Source: Candidatus Poribacteria bacterium
Lineage (GTDB): Bacteria; Poribacteria; WGA-4E; UBA9662
Length of the DNA: 40,559 nucleotides
Direction: 5' to 3'
NCBI GenBank assembly: GCA_046582655.1
Contig: JAYGDX010000145.1
Coordinates: forward strand, 1-40,559
Positions 17,883 through 27,451 of the stretch are shown one piece after another. The first letter of the stretch is position 1. Every line of letters starts with the position of its first letter. A model generated the notes under the pieces. It saw nothing but the letters and a program-made list of their open reading frames with translations. It searched no databases and was not told the origin of the DNA. The position numbers and the translations under genes are program-made.

Positions 17883-18530
17883 TTAGGAATTTCTTGCCTC
17901 CTGAACAGTTTGAATTAGGCGGCTGGCATTTTCCGTCAAAGTTTCAAATTCCCTTTCAGCGATAATCTTTTGATTTACAAGCCCACTACCAACTCCCAAC
18001 GCAGAAGAACCAGCAGCAATAAACTCTCCAGCATTATCTATTGTAATACCGCCTGTTGGAATTAGCTCTATTTGCGGTAGAGGTGCTTTTATCTCCTTGA
18101 TATAACGTGCACCAGCAACACTTGACGGAAAAACCTTAACGTAATCAGCGCCTATTTCCCATGCTGTTAGGATCTCTGTTGGGGTAAACGCACCTGGCAT
18201 TACCACTTTTCCGTAGCGATTACAGGTTTCAATAACATCAGGTCTTGTTACTGGACTCACCACAAATTCTGCGCCCGAAAGAATAGAGATTCGCGTTGTT
18301 TCAGCATCCAGCACGGATCCAACACCAAGCAATACTTCGTCACCAAATTTTGCTACGGCTTCCTCAAGAACCCCAAGCGCGTTTGGTGTTGTCATAGTGA
18401 TTTCAATTATGTCGATACCACCTGCCTGGATAGCATCGACAACCTCTATTAACAGAGATGCATCACTGGCTCGAATAATAGCTACAACGCCGCTACGCTC
18501 AATCTTTTGCATTTGTTTGAGTTTTGTCAT
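17883..18530 (-). CDS. eda: KDPG/KHG aldolase
   Basis: VVAIIR, IEITM, GVGSVLD, GAEFVVSP, PGAFTPTEI, VKVFP, PTGGI. Confidence 0.93.
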   Translation of the reverse strand: MTKLKQMQKIERSGVVAIIRASDASLLIEVVDAIQAGGIDIIEITMTTPNALGVLEEAVAKFGDEVLLGVGSVLDAETTRISILSGAEFVVSPVTRPDVIETCNRYGKVVMPGAFTPTEILTAWEIGADYVKVFPSSVAGARYIKEIKAPLPQIELIPTGGITIDNAGEFIAAGSSALGVGSGLVNQKIIAEREFETLTENASRLIQTVQEARNS

Positions 18531-18658
18531 GAGTTACTCTCCTCTGTGGAAGCTGTTATTTCCTATTGCTGTATAATTACATAATATGCTAGAATTAGGG
18601 CAATTGCTGTGGGAGATTACGATATTGTAATATATTACGCAGTATATTGCCTACCTTA

Positions 18659-19993
18659 ATGGAAGAGATTGGACAACTATTGCCCCTCCTGATTGGATTG
18701 GGGCTGCTGCTGCTGCTATCTGCTTTTTTTTCTGGCTCCGAAACTGCGCTTTGTGCACTCAGTAAGGTTCAGATTGAGCGTCTTCGTCATGAATATGGAA
18801 AGAGTAGTGCTACTATTGTCAATTTTGTTGACAATCCGCGTCGTCTCTTCATCACAATTCTTTTTGGTAACACTTTCGTTAACACGGCTTTTCAGGCCTT
18901 CACCGCCTCCGCTATCATTGGCTCTAGGCCTTCTGAGCTAAGGATAATCATTGCTACCATTACTATTACAATCTTGTTGCTGATTGTCGGTGAGATTAGT
19001 CCCAAAACATATGCCATTAAGTATGCTGAAGGTTTTTCAAAAATTACTGCCCGCCCACTCTGGATATTTTCAGTTCTTATTTCTCCGTTTCGTGTTGTTC
19101 TCAGAGGAATTACAGATCCACTGATGCTACTCTTTGGCGGGGGTGATATTTCTAAAGAAGAACGGATGACCACTGAAGACTTTAAAGCAATTGTGAGCGA
19201 CAGAGATCCATACAGTGAATTCCACCTGGATGAACAAAACATACTGAAAAACATCTTGGAAATGCAAAATATCGAATCCAAAGAAATCATGGTGCCACGA
19301 ACTGAGATGATTGCTATGGACACTGATTCTACAATTCAGAATCTAATCAATACCACACAAACAATTGGTGTTTCCCGTATCCCAGTTTACCGAAAAAATA
19401 TTGACGATATCTGTGGTATCTTTTACATAAAGGACTTACCTGCTTGGCCACGTAATGAAATTTGTGATATGACTGCTGGTAGTTTTCTGGCCAAATATCA
19501 ATCTTCTAAACCAAACTCTTCAAGTACCTTAATCCGCCCACCGTTTTTTACCCCTGAAACGAAAAAAAACGCCGATCTCCTTCGAGATTTAACAAGAGAA
19601 AAAACCAAAATGGCGATCTTACTAGATGAATATGGAGGTGTTTCCGGTCTGGTAACCGTAGAAGACATTATTGAAGAAATCATCGGGGATATCATTGACG
19701 AGCACGATATTGATACCGATTTGCCGGAAATCATCCGTTCTACAAGTGATGCATCGTTGTTTGAGGTTTCCGGACGTGTTAGTATTCGACAACTCAATGA
19801 GCAGTTCCATCTTGGAATTGATGAAGCAACAGCAGATACTGTTGGTGGCTACACTTTCGATCTCTTCGGGCGTATTCCTTCAGTTGGCGAAAAAATTTCA
19901 GGTGGGAATGGTATCGAATTTGAGGTTGCTGCTATCAACGCCAATCAAATAAGTGCGCTAATTATGAAACTGCCTCCTACGCAGGATGACTGA
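18659..19993 (+). CDS. Hemolysin-family / CNNM (DUF21-CBS-CorC) membrane protein, first copy
   Basis: SAFFSGSETAL, GEISPK, IMVPRTEM, SRIPVY, DEYGGVSGLVTVEDIIEEIIG, CorC domain TVGGY. Alternative start TTG 18647. Confidence 0.93.
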   Translation: MEEIGQLLPLLIGLGLLLLLSAFFSGSETALCALSKVQIERLRHEYGKSSATIVNFVDNPRRLFITILFGNTFVNTAFQAFTASAIIGSRPSELRIIIATITITILLLIVGEISPKTYAIKYAEGFSKITARPLWIFSVLISPFRVVLRGITDPLMLLFGGGDISKEERMTTEDFKAIVSDRDPYSEFHLDEQNILKNILEMQNIESKEIMVPRTEMIAMDTDSTIQNLINTTQTIGVSRIPVYRKNIDDICGIFYIKDLPAWPRNEICDMTAGSFLAKYQSSKPNSSSTLIRPPFFTPETKKNADLLRDLTREKTKMAILLDEYGGVSGLVTVEDIIEEIIGDIIDEHDIDTDLPEIIRSTSDASLFEVSGRVSIRQLNEQFHLGIDEATADTVGGYTFDLFGRIPSVGEKISGGNGIEFEVAAINANQISALIMKLPPTQDD

Positions 19994-21399
19994 TGGAGCT
20001 ACGATCCTCGAAAGTTTTCATTATCCTAATTTTTTGTTTTTTCCTAATTGGTGCAGCTCCTTCGCATCATGATTCATCGGCACCAACAGATTTAAAAACG
20101 ATCGTCCTATTAAGTATTGCACTGGTGATTTTCCTCACCTTAACCGCTTTCTATGCCGGTTCAGAAACTGCACTAGTTTCCGTCAACAAAGTCAAAATCA
20201 ATCAACTAGCCAAAAATGGTAACAAGCGTGCCAAGTTGGTAAAACGTCTTATTGAATCACCAGAAAAGATGCTGGGTATGACTCTTGTCGGAACAAATTT
20301 AATGCATGTTATCACAACCGAGATTGGACTTCTATTAGTCATCGCAATCTTGGGAAAATTTGCATCAATTAGTAAAATAATCGAGAAACTACAGTTAAGT
20401 AACGCCCTTATTGCAACGCTGATTACTGCACTTTTGGTCTTGATCTTTGCTGAGATCCTTCCGAAGACAATATTCCGTTCGAAAGCGGAAAGATTAACAT
20501 TGCGCTATGCATATTTCCTCCGATTTTCAGAAGCAGTCTTAAGTCTAGTTGTCGTGGGTGTCACGTTTATTACAAATATCTTCATGAAAACCATTGTTAA
20601 AAGTCATCAGCGGGAATCAAAAGATGCCCAACGTGACGAGTTACGCTTGCTCGCAACCATGGGTGAACAATCCGGTTTAATCGAACGGAACCAAAGGCGT
20701 ATGATCCACAGTTTCCTTGATCTGCAGCAACAAACCGTTGAACGGATGATGGTGCCGCTCGTAAAAATAGTTGCAGTTCCTCAAAACACTGATGTTGAGA
20801 CTTTCATGAACATCGCATCAGAGTCAGGATTTTCACGTGTCCCAGTTTATGATGGTCGGATTGACAATGTCATCGGTATTGTTAATTTACTGGATGTGAT
20901 TTATGCTGAAGATGACATCCAAACAATTGGATCTCTTATTCGCCGAGATGTTCAATTTGTTCCAGAATCCAAGAATATGAGTATCTTACTAAAAGAACTC
21001 CAGAAAAGCCGTAATACAATGGTCTTTGTAGTAGACGAGTACGGTGGAATCATTGGGTTGGTTACGGTTGAAGATCTAGTTGAAGAGATTGTTGGTGAGT
21101 TTGCTGATGAGCGTGATATGGACTTGAATATTCGGCAGATTGATTCGAAGACGCTGGAATGCGAAGGAAGGACAGAAATTGAGACAATGAATGAACTCTT
21201 TCTCGGATTGAAAATCCCAAGTGGTAATTATGAAACAATTGCTGGTTATATACTTAGTCGAACTGGAACAATTCCAGAAAAAGACACACAAATTGAGACG
21301 AACCAGCTGATCATTTCAGTAGAGGAAGTGAATCGCAGATCAATCCAAAAGATAGTGATCCGCCAAAAGTTCGGCAATCTCCTCTACAGAAACGTTTGA
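19993..21399 (+). CDS. Hemolysin-family / CNNM (DUF21-CBS-CorC) membrane protein, second copy with N-terminal extension
   Basis: AFYAGSETAL, AEILPK, FSRVPVY, DEYGGIIGLVTVEDLVEEIVG, YETIAGY; TGATG coupling to the first copy. Confidence 0.93.
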   Translation: MELRSSKVFIILIFCFFLIGAAPSHHDSSAPTDLKTIVLLSIALVIFLTLTAFYAGSETALVSVNKVKINQLAKNGNKRAKLVKRLIESPEKMLGMTLVGTNLMHVITTEIGLLLVIAILGKFASISKIIEKLQLSNALIATLITALLVLIFAEILPKTIFRSKAERLTLRYAYFLRFSEAVLSLVVVGVTFITNIFMKTIVKSHQRESKDAQRDELRLLATMGEQSGLIERNQRRMIHSFLDLQQQTVERMMVPLVKIVAVPQNTDVETFMNIASESGFSRVPVYDGRIDNVIGIVNLLDVIYAEDDIQTIGSLIRRDVQFVPESKNMSILLKELQKSRNTMVFVVDEYGGIIGLVTVEDLVEEIVGEFADERDMDLNIRQIDSKTLECEGRTEIETMNELFLGLKIPSGNYETIAGYILSRTGTIPEKDTQIETNQLIISVEEVNRRSIQKIVIRQKFGNLLYRNV

Positions 21400-21405
21400 T
21401 CAATC

Positions 21406-22131
21406 CTATAAGATGCCAAGTGGCGGTGTAACGGTTACTTCCTCAATCGTCATATCGTCCGGTGATTCCACAATATCAACAATCGTCTTGGCAATATGTT
21501 CCGGTGTTAACATTAAGTCAAAGTCTGGATGATGTTCCATACCAATCCAGAAGGAAGAATTAATTGATCCCGGTAACACCGCCGTCACTCGTATGCCGTG
21601 TTCTCGAATCTCCTCCCGAAGAACTTTTGTGAAGGCTAACGCCGCCGCTTTTGCTGCACAATAAGAACTGGAGAACGGGAAAGCGATTTTGGAAGCAATT
21701 GACAAAATATTGATAATCTGACCGGATTTTTGTTCAAGCATTGGTGCCAATACAGCTTTTGAACACAGATAAACGCTTTTAAGATTGCTGTCGATCACTT
21801 TGTTCCAATTTTCTATATCCGAATCGGTAACAGACTCGAATATTCCAATTCCCGAATTATTAATAAGAACATCAATTTTTCCATGATGATCAAGTGTCAG
21901 ATTGATTAGTCGCTGTACTTGATTTAAAAGCGTCACATCAGTTCTGATGACGATTGCATCACCACTGTTAGCCTGAATCTCATCAGCCACTGTTTCGAGT
22001 TCATTTTGTGTTCGGGCGGCAAGAACCACGCTGGCTCCATGTCTGCTTAAAGCCATAGCGGTTGCCTTACCCACGCCACGCGATGCGCCCGTGATAATTG
22101 CAACTTTTCCTTCAATCACGCTTTTCCTCAT
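21406..22131 (-). CDS. SDR oxidoreductase, probable bacterial (Chlorobium-type) sepiapterin reductase
   Basis: TGASRGVG, NNSG, S..YCAAK catalytic residues. GIF, AFPFSSSYC, PGSINSSFW and EEVTVTPPLG resemble Chlorobium tepidum sepiapterin reductase as recalled. Downstream of PTPS and folE. Confidence 0.75.
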   Translation of the reverse strand: MRKSVIEGKVAIITGASRGVGKATAMALSRHGASVVLAARTQNELETVADEIQANSGDAIVIRTDVTLLNQVQRLINLTLDHHGKIDVLINNSGIGIFESVTDSDIENWNKVIDSNLKSVYLCSKAVLAPMLEQKSGQIINILSIASKIAFPFSSSYCAAKAAALAFTKVLREEIREHGIRVTAVLPGSINSSFWIGMEHHPDFDLMLTPEHIAKTIVDIVESPDDMTIEEVTVTPPLGIL

Positions 22132-22153
22132 TAGCTAGTGTGAAACCATACAA

Positions 22154-22741
22154 TTACTTAATGCTCTGTAAAAACTCAGCGCGAGTTGAGTCTTTTGCGC
22201 GGAACGTCCCAAGCATCACATTGGTAATGGTGCTGGAACGTTGCTTTTCTACGCCACGAATCATCATACACATATGTTGCGCTTCCATAACAACAGCAAT
22301 TCCCTGAGGTTGAATCAACTCATTTACAACCTGTGCAATTTGGTCCGTCAAACGCTCCTGAACCTGTAGCCTGCGGGCAAGCATATCAATAATTCGAGGG
22401 ACTTTGCTTAACCCAATAATTTTTTTGTTGGGAATATACCCAACATGACATTTACCAAAGAACGGTAGGATGTGGTGTTCACACAGGCTGTAAAACTCAA
22501 TATCTCTGACAATTACCATATCGTCAAACTCTTCATCAAAAATGGCTCCATTGACAATTGCATCAACATTCTGCGTATAGCCTTGTGTTAAGAATTGCAA
22601 GGCCTTTGCAGCACGATATGGGGTCTTAATCAGACCTTGACGAGCGGGGTCTTCTTCAATCTGCTCAACTATCCCTTTGTAAAGACACTCAAGCTTGGCG
22701 TCAATCTGAACCAGATCATCATCCAAATCATATTGTTTCAT
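22154..22741 (-). CDS. folE: GTP cyclohydrolase I
   Basis: [42 protein letters not shown]. Confidence 0.97.
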   Translation of the reverse strand: MKQYDLDDDLVQIDAKLECLYKGIVEQIEEDPARQGLIKTPYRAAKALQFLTQGYTQNVDAIVNGAIFDEEFDDMVIVRDIEFYSLCEHHILPFFGKCHVGYIPNKKIIGLSKVPRIIDMLARRLQVQERLTDQIAQVVNELIQPQGIAVVMEAQHMCMMIRGVEKQRSSTITNVMLGTFRAKDSTRAEFLQSIK

Positions 22742-22747
22742 TCGTAT

Positions 22748-23578
22748 TTAATTTCCATAATAATCGAAATAACTTTTGGGTGTTTCTTGTAAACGGAGGC
22801 GGTGTAAAGCGACAGGTTTTAGGTGTGGTTCTACAATCTCCCAAAGAACTCGAACAAAATTCTCAGATGTCGGGTTAACCTTTTCAAACTCAACTGTATC
22901 CAAGTTCAAGTGCCTATGATCGAAACGAGAAAAAACCTGTTTTTCAATCATTTGATCGAGCAGATCTATATCTGCCACCATACCTGTTTTTGGATTGACC
23001 TCGCCTTTGACAGTAACTTCCAGTACGTAATTATGACCATGACCATATGGATTATTGCATTTGCCGAAAATTTCTTTGTTTTCTTCGTCCGTGAGTGCAA
23101 TACTATGGAGACGATGGGAAGCGCTAAACTCATACATTTTTGTTAAATAGACCATTTGACCTTCTCCATAGTATTCAACAGAAAGTGCAGATTCTTCGTA
23201 AAGATGAACAAGGTGTAATTTTGCATTCTGCAGGTGAGGGATCAACGACTGCCAAATCTGAATAGCAATATTCTCACTGGTTGGCTGCAGGTAGAGATCT
23301 TGAATAAAGGCTGGATGTTGTAGGTTGATGCTTTTATGGTCGTATTCAGCAACAACACGTTTCCGGATGATACCATCCAAATCCTTTATATTAATTAGCA
23401 TACCATCCGAAGCGGTAGCAGCCCCCTTAACTGTCACCATCAGAACATAATTATGCCCATGCCCGTTCGGATTTGACATTGGACCAAAAAGATCGTAATT
23501 TTCCTCGTCGCTAAGCTCAGGAATCCGGTAGTAATGTGCAGCCTCAAATTCAACTCGACGGGTTAAATAATAACACAT
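22748..23578 (-). CDS. Dual-domain 6-pyruvoyl-tetrahydropterin synthase (PTPS/QueD family)
   Basis: Two T-fold repeats: domain 1 FEAAH...MSNPNGHGHNY...PTSEN; domain 2 FSASHRL...CNNPYGHGHNY...DHRHLN...PTSEN...LQET. Confidence 0.93.
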   Translation of the reverse strand: MCYYLTRRVEFEAAHYYRIPELSDEENYDLFGPMSNPNGHGHNYVLMVTVKGAATASDGMLINIKDLDGIIRKRVVAEYDHKSINLQHPAFIQDLYLQPTSENIAIQIWQSLIPHLQNAKLHLVHLYEESALSVEYYGEGQMVYLTKMYEFSASHRLHSIALTDEENKEIFGKCNNPYGHGHNYVLEVTVKGEVNPKTGMVADIDLLDQMIEKQVFSRFDHRHLNLDTVEFEKVNPTSENFVRVLWEIVEPHLKPVALHRLRLQETPKSYFDYYGN

Positions 23579-23749
23579 ATTGTGGACAGTTTACTTCCCC
23601 ATCACGGTTGCACGATCTAAGATATTAAACATTCTGGATTATAGGTCCTTCTTCATCAAACAGAAGGACAATTATAACAAGCTCCTTCATAAATTATCGC
23701 AGTCTAAATATACAACAAAAAAATTGTGTAATCAAATTATTATTCAATA

Positions 23750-25537
23750 TTACTTCTGACTTTTTTGACGAGTTGCCAGTCCCAAATTTTCTCGGAGCGT
23801 TCGGCTATGCGGAACCAGTTTTAAACCAGCTTGAAGTCGGTCAATTCCCTGCTGGAGATGTCCCTGTTGGAGCATATTAACAGCTGTATCATTATAATAC
23901 CCCTCAATTAATTGCAGATACTTGTTCCGGTTTGTTCTTCGGCGTTGCATTCCCTCTATTAAGATTTCAATCGCCTCTTCAAAACGGTTGTTCTTATATT
24001 CAAACTGGGCAAACTCCAACATAACATAATCCCAATTAGTGTTCAGCGATTCGGAAGTCGAAGCAATTAAGAGTCCCTGTTCGATGACCAACTTTGCATT
24101 GCTAAAGTCCTGAGTTTTTGCCAATGCGAGCCCCCAGTTATTGTAAATCCCTTTCTTTGATTCAGTAATCTTAGGTATGTTCAGTGTCGCTTCCTCTCCT
24201 TGACCCAGCAAAGCAATAGCCTTTTCAAACTTACCCTGATTCGCCAATTTTTGTGCTGGTTCGATATATAGGAAAGCGAGTCCATCTTGCAGCACTTTGT
24301 CCCGTGGATATTGTTTTAGAGCGTTACGATAGACTTCGACAGCCTTATCAATCGATAAATCCTTAGTCTCTTCAACTATCAGATTGACCATTAGTTTCTG
24401 AAGGCTATTTTCGCGCGGAAAGAGTTGTCGCGCTGTTTCAATAGTCAATTTGGCCTTATTAAAATCACGTTTCTGAACCAATGCCCGTGTCTGGCTTACA
24501 TAAGCCGTTTTCAAATTCTGCATCAGTTTCCGATCTCTTGGATATGCTTTTAGTCCTTCTTGGACAATCTCTGTTCCAAGTTCAAACTGCTTAGCCTTGA
24601 GGGTATGATAACTCCAGTTAAGATAGATGTTGTAACGAAGTTCAGCTGGTTGTTTCAAAGCTGGAAACTTCTCAGTTACAAGATTAATGGCGTAAAGTGC
24701 GTCTGAAAAGCGTTTGAGATGATCAAGTGAAATAATATAGTTGCTAATTCCATTTTCCCACGTATTTAGGGTTCTTGGCAAATCTCCTGCCAGTTGCCAA
24801 CCTGCATACAATACTCGGGTTGCTTCAGCATGACGTTTCTGATCGTTCAACGCTTTATAACGATTCGAATAAATTAGGGCAATCATCTGTCGGTCGCTAA
24901 TTTCCGATCGCTGTTTGTAATTCTTTTGGTCAACGTAAACAAACCCAGTGAGTTTGCCTAAATGATCCAAGACCTCTTTTTTGGACGCAGGATCAAACCC
25001 ATAACGGATAGTGGTTTCGATATCAATTTTTGTTGTTGACATTCTAAGCTGTACCAGAACGTGATCAGGCACAACCAGGCCGGTAATATTAATGCCAAAA
25101 TTTCGGCATATAGCAGTGTATAGTACCGATGACGAAACACAATTAAACCTGCGGTTCCATAACATTTCATCAATCTTAGTCTGATTGGCAAAATACTGGC
25201 GAAAGAGTCGGCGATGCAGATAGCCTAAAATGAACTCCGCCAGTGTATCTTTTCCATCGCTAACCTGTTTTGATTCAATATCGGCATTCAGATCAAAAAC
25301 CAATTTATCTACGATTTCCTTGTAACGAGGAATTTCTCTATCTATGACACCAGAAGCTATCAATGCGAAAGTAATATAATTTTCATACGAATACGGTTCG
25401 TTTACCGACATCATCCGTTTTTCAGATTCTGAGAGTGTTAGAATTCGTGCGAATTCTTCTTTAATCGAACTGTAGCTGTTAGTGCTGAATGTCATTGTAA
25501 TTACAAAACTAGAAATCCAAACCTTGATGAATTTCAT
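23750..25537 (-). CDS. Exported protein with transglutaminase-like (Cys-His-Glu) domain and C-terminal TPR repeats
   Basis: Signal-like N-terminus; FNCVSSSVLY...PDHV...DIETT..GF core; multiple TPR-like repeats. Confidence 0.75.
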   Translation of the reverse strand: MKFIKVWISSFVITMTFSTNSYSSIKEEFARILTLSESEKRMMSVNEPYSYENYITFALIASGVIDREIPRYKEIVDKLVFDLNADIESKQVSDGKDTLAEFILGYLHRRLFRQYFANQTKIDEMLWNRRFNCVSSSVLYTAICRNFGINITGLVVPDHVLVQLRMSTTKIDIETTIRYGFDPASKKEVLDHLGKLTGFVYVDQKNYKQRSEISDRQMIALIYSNRYKALNDQKRHAEATRVLYAGWQLAGDLPRTLNTWENGISNYIISLDHLKRFSDALYAINLVTEKFPALKQPAELRYNIYLNWSYHTLKAKQFELGTEIVQEGLKAYPRDRKLMQNLKTAYVSQTRALVQKRDFNKAKLTIETARQLFPRENSLQKLMVNLIVEETKDLSIDKAVEVYRNALKQYPRDKVLQDGLAFLYIEPAQKLANQGKFEKAIALLGQGEEATLNIPKITESKKGIYNNWGLALAKTQDFSNAKLVIEQGLLIASTSESLNTNWDYVMLEFAQFEYKNNRFEEAIEILIEGMQRRRTNRNKYLQLIEGYYNDTAVNMLQQGHLQQGIDRLQAGLKLVPHSRTLRENLGLATRQKSQK

Positions 25538-25597
25538 GATTGATTAACCAGTGTATGGTGTGATAGATTAAGTAGGATCTCCAAAAGGAAATTTATA

Positions 25598-26719
25598 ATG
25601 AGAAAAATTACGCAGGTTGATGTTTTTCCCACCAAAATTGGACTAAAGACCAAATTCAACATCGGAACTGGTTTTGTCGGGGATCAACAAAGCTCCGGAG
25701 ATCACATCTTCGTTAAGATCTCAACGGATGATGGTTACTTCGGTTGGGGTGAACAACGTGCACTACCATCTTGGAGCTATGAAACAACCGAATCCATCAC
25801 ATCCACCATCCAGAGTTACATCACTCCTATACTGATCGGAAAAAATCCGTTTGAAATCCTCAGAATTACCGATGAAATTAATACTACACTCAAACCGGCT
25901 GTCAGCAACGGGCATCCTTTTGCCAAAGCGGCAGTTGATATCGCTCTCCATGATCTGACTGGTCGAATTCTTGGCGTTCCTATCCACGTCCTACTTGGTG
26001 GCAAGCGTCACAGCCGACATTCATTATGTTATGCACTCAGTATTGACACCCCCGAAGTTATGGCCATGCAAGCCAAAGCGCTTGATCCCTGTAAATGTTT
26101 CAAGGTAAAAGTTGCCGGTGAACCTGATCTAGATGAAGCCAGACTCCGTACTGTACATGATGCTGCTCCAGAAGCAAAACTTTGGATTGATGCTAACCAA
26201 AGCTATATCCCTTCACAAGCAATTGATCTTATCGAGCGAATTCGTGACATTCGCCAAATAGCGGTCTTTGAACAACCAGTTTTGAGCCAGGACTGGTTTG
26301 GCCTAAAACGCGTTCGCGAAAATTCTCACCTTCCGATAGCAGTCGATGAAGGCTGTTTCTCAAGCTATGATCTGGCTAAAATTATTCAGCTAGAATGCGC
26401 TGACGCCGTTGTCCTGAAACTTTGCAAATCGGGAGGTTTGCGTGAATGCTTAAAAACAGCTCATATTGCAGAAGCCAACTCGATTGAGCTACTCGGTAGC
26501 GGATTAACTGAAGCTGGTATCGGTTTTGTAGCATCGCTTCATCTTTTTTCTACCCTTGATTTTATCTTACCTCCTGAACTAAACGCCCCCGTTTTCCTCG
26601 AATCAATGGTCGCTCACGGAATAGAAATTCGTGATGCTGTTGCCGACATACCGGACCAGCCCGGTTTGGGCATTCTTCCCGATGAGGATTATATCACAGA
26701 AAACCAAATCCATTTCTGA
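25598..26719 (+). CDS. Enolase superfamily enzyme, muconate-lactonizing enzyme subgroup
   Basis: GWGE, AKAAVDIALHDL.G, KVK, DAN, EQP, DE, K.CK.GG and PELN motifs. Confidence 0.88.
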   Translation: MRKITQVDVFPTKIGLKTKFNIGTGFVGDQQSSGDHIFVKISTDDGYFGWGEQRALPSWSYETTESITSTIQSYITPILIGKNPFEILRITDEINTTLKPAVSNGHPFAKAAVDIALHDLTGRILGVPIHVLLGGKRHSRHSLCYALSIDTPEVMAMQAKALDPCKCFKVKVAGEPDLDEARLRTVHDAAPEAKLWIDANQSYIPSQAIDLIERIRDIRQIAVFEQPVLSQDWFGLKRVRENSHLPIAVDEGCFSSYDLAKIIQLECADAVVLKLCKSGGLRECLKTAHIAEANSIELLGSGLTEAGIGFVASLHLFSTLDFILPPELNAPVFLESMVAHGIEIRDAVADIPDQPGLGILPDEDYITENQIHF

Positions 26720-26728
26720 AAAACGGCT

Positions 26729-27451
26729 ATGAGTAATCAGATTCAAAAGCTTAAAGGTTTTCTGCGGAAATCAAAATCCATGTCGATTTTTATGGGCTGT
26801 CCATACCCGGCATTTCGCTGGAATCGTGCGGTAAAGCGCAAGATTTATGAGCTCGGAGCAGAGGCGAAAATTTTGGATCTGGGATCTGGTACTGACCGGC
26901 GTGCACCGAACGTAATTACCTTGGAAATTGAAGCTAACTCAAACGTTGATATAGTCGGCGATGGTCATCAATTACCGTTTCATGATAATGTGTTTGATGC
27001 AATAATTAATGAAGCGGTACTTGAGCATGTATTAGAACCGAAGCAGATCGTCGATGAAATTTATCGGGTGCTCAAACCTGGCGGTTATGTTTGTGCTGCG
27101 GTCCCTTTTTTGCAGGGCTTTCATGCATCTCCCCACGATTACCAACGCTATACTGTCCCTGGCTTCAACCATCTCTTTTCTGCCTTTATAAAGATCGAAA
27201 GTGGCGCGTGTGCAGGACCAACGGCTTCATTACACTGGATCTTCCGTGAATATGTCGGATTGATGTTATCGTTTGGCAACCTCTTAGCAGCTAAAATAAT
27301 TTCATTGATCATCGGTTGGCTGACTTTCCCCATTATTTTGATCGATTATATTCTGATGATAAACAAACACTCACATATTCTGGCATCGGCTGTATATTTT
27401 GTTGGCCAAAAAGAAAAAAAAACAACTACAGAACCGACTGATCAAAAATAG
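26729..27451 (+). CDS. Class I SAM-dependent methyltransferase (Methyltransf_11-like)
   Basis: ILDLGSG, DGHQLPF.D..FD, VLEHV, RVLKPGG, H..PHDY.R motifs. Confidence 0.9.
   Translation: MSNQIQKLKGFLRKSKSMSIFMGCPYPAFRWNRAVKRKIYELGAEAKILDLGSGTDRRAPNVITLEIEANSNVDIVGDGHQLPFHDNVFDAIINEAVLEHVLEPKQIVDEIYRVLKPGGYVCAAVPFLQGFHASPHDYQRYTVPGFNHLFSAFIKIESGACAGPTASLHWIFREYVGLMLSFGNLLAAKIISLIIGWLTFPIILIDYILMINKHSHILASAVYFVGQKEKKTTTEPTDQK

Noticed and set aside
18704..18718. (CTG)n repeat as a phase-variation tract
   Set aside because: Short in-frame triplet run encoding TM leucines.
22748..23578. Annotation as queD for queuosine or 7-deazaguanine DNA modification
   Set aside because: The motif is CX5HGH rather than CX3HGH, and there are no queC, queE or dpd genes nearby.
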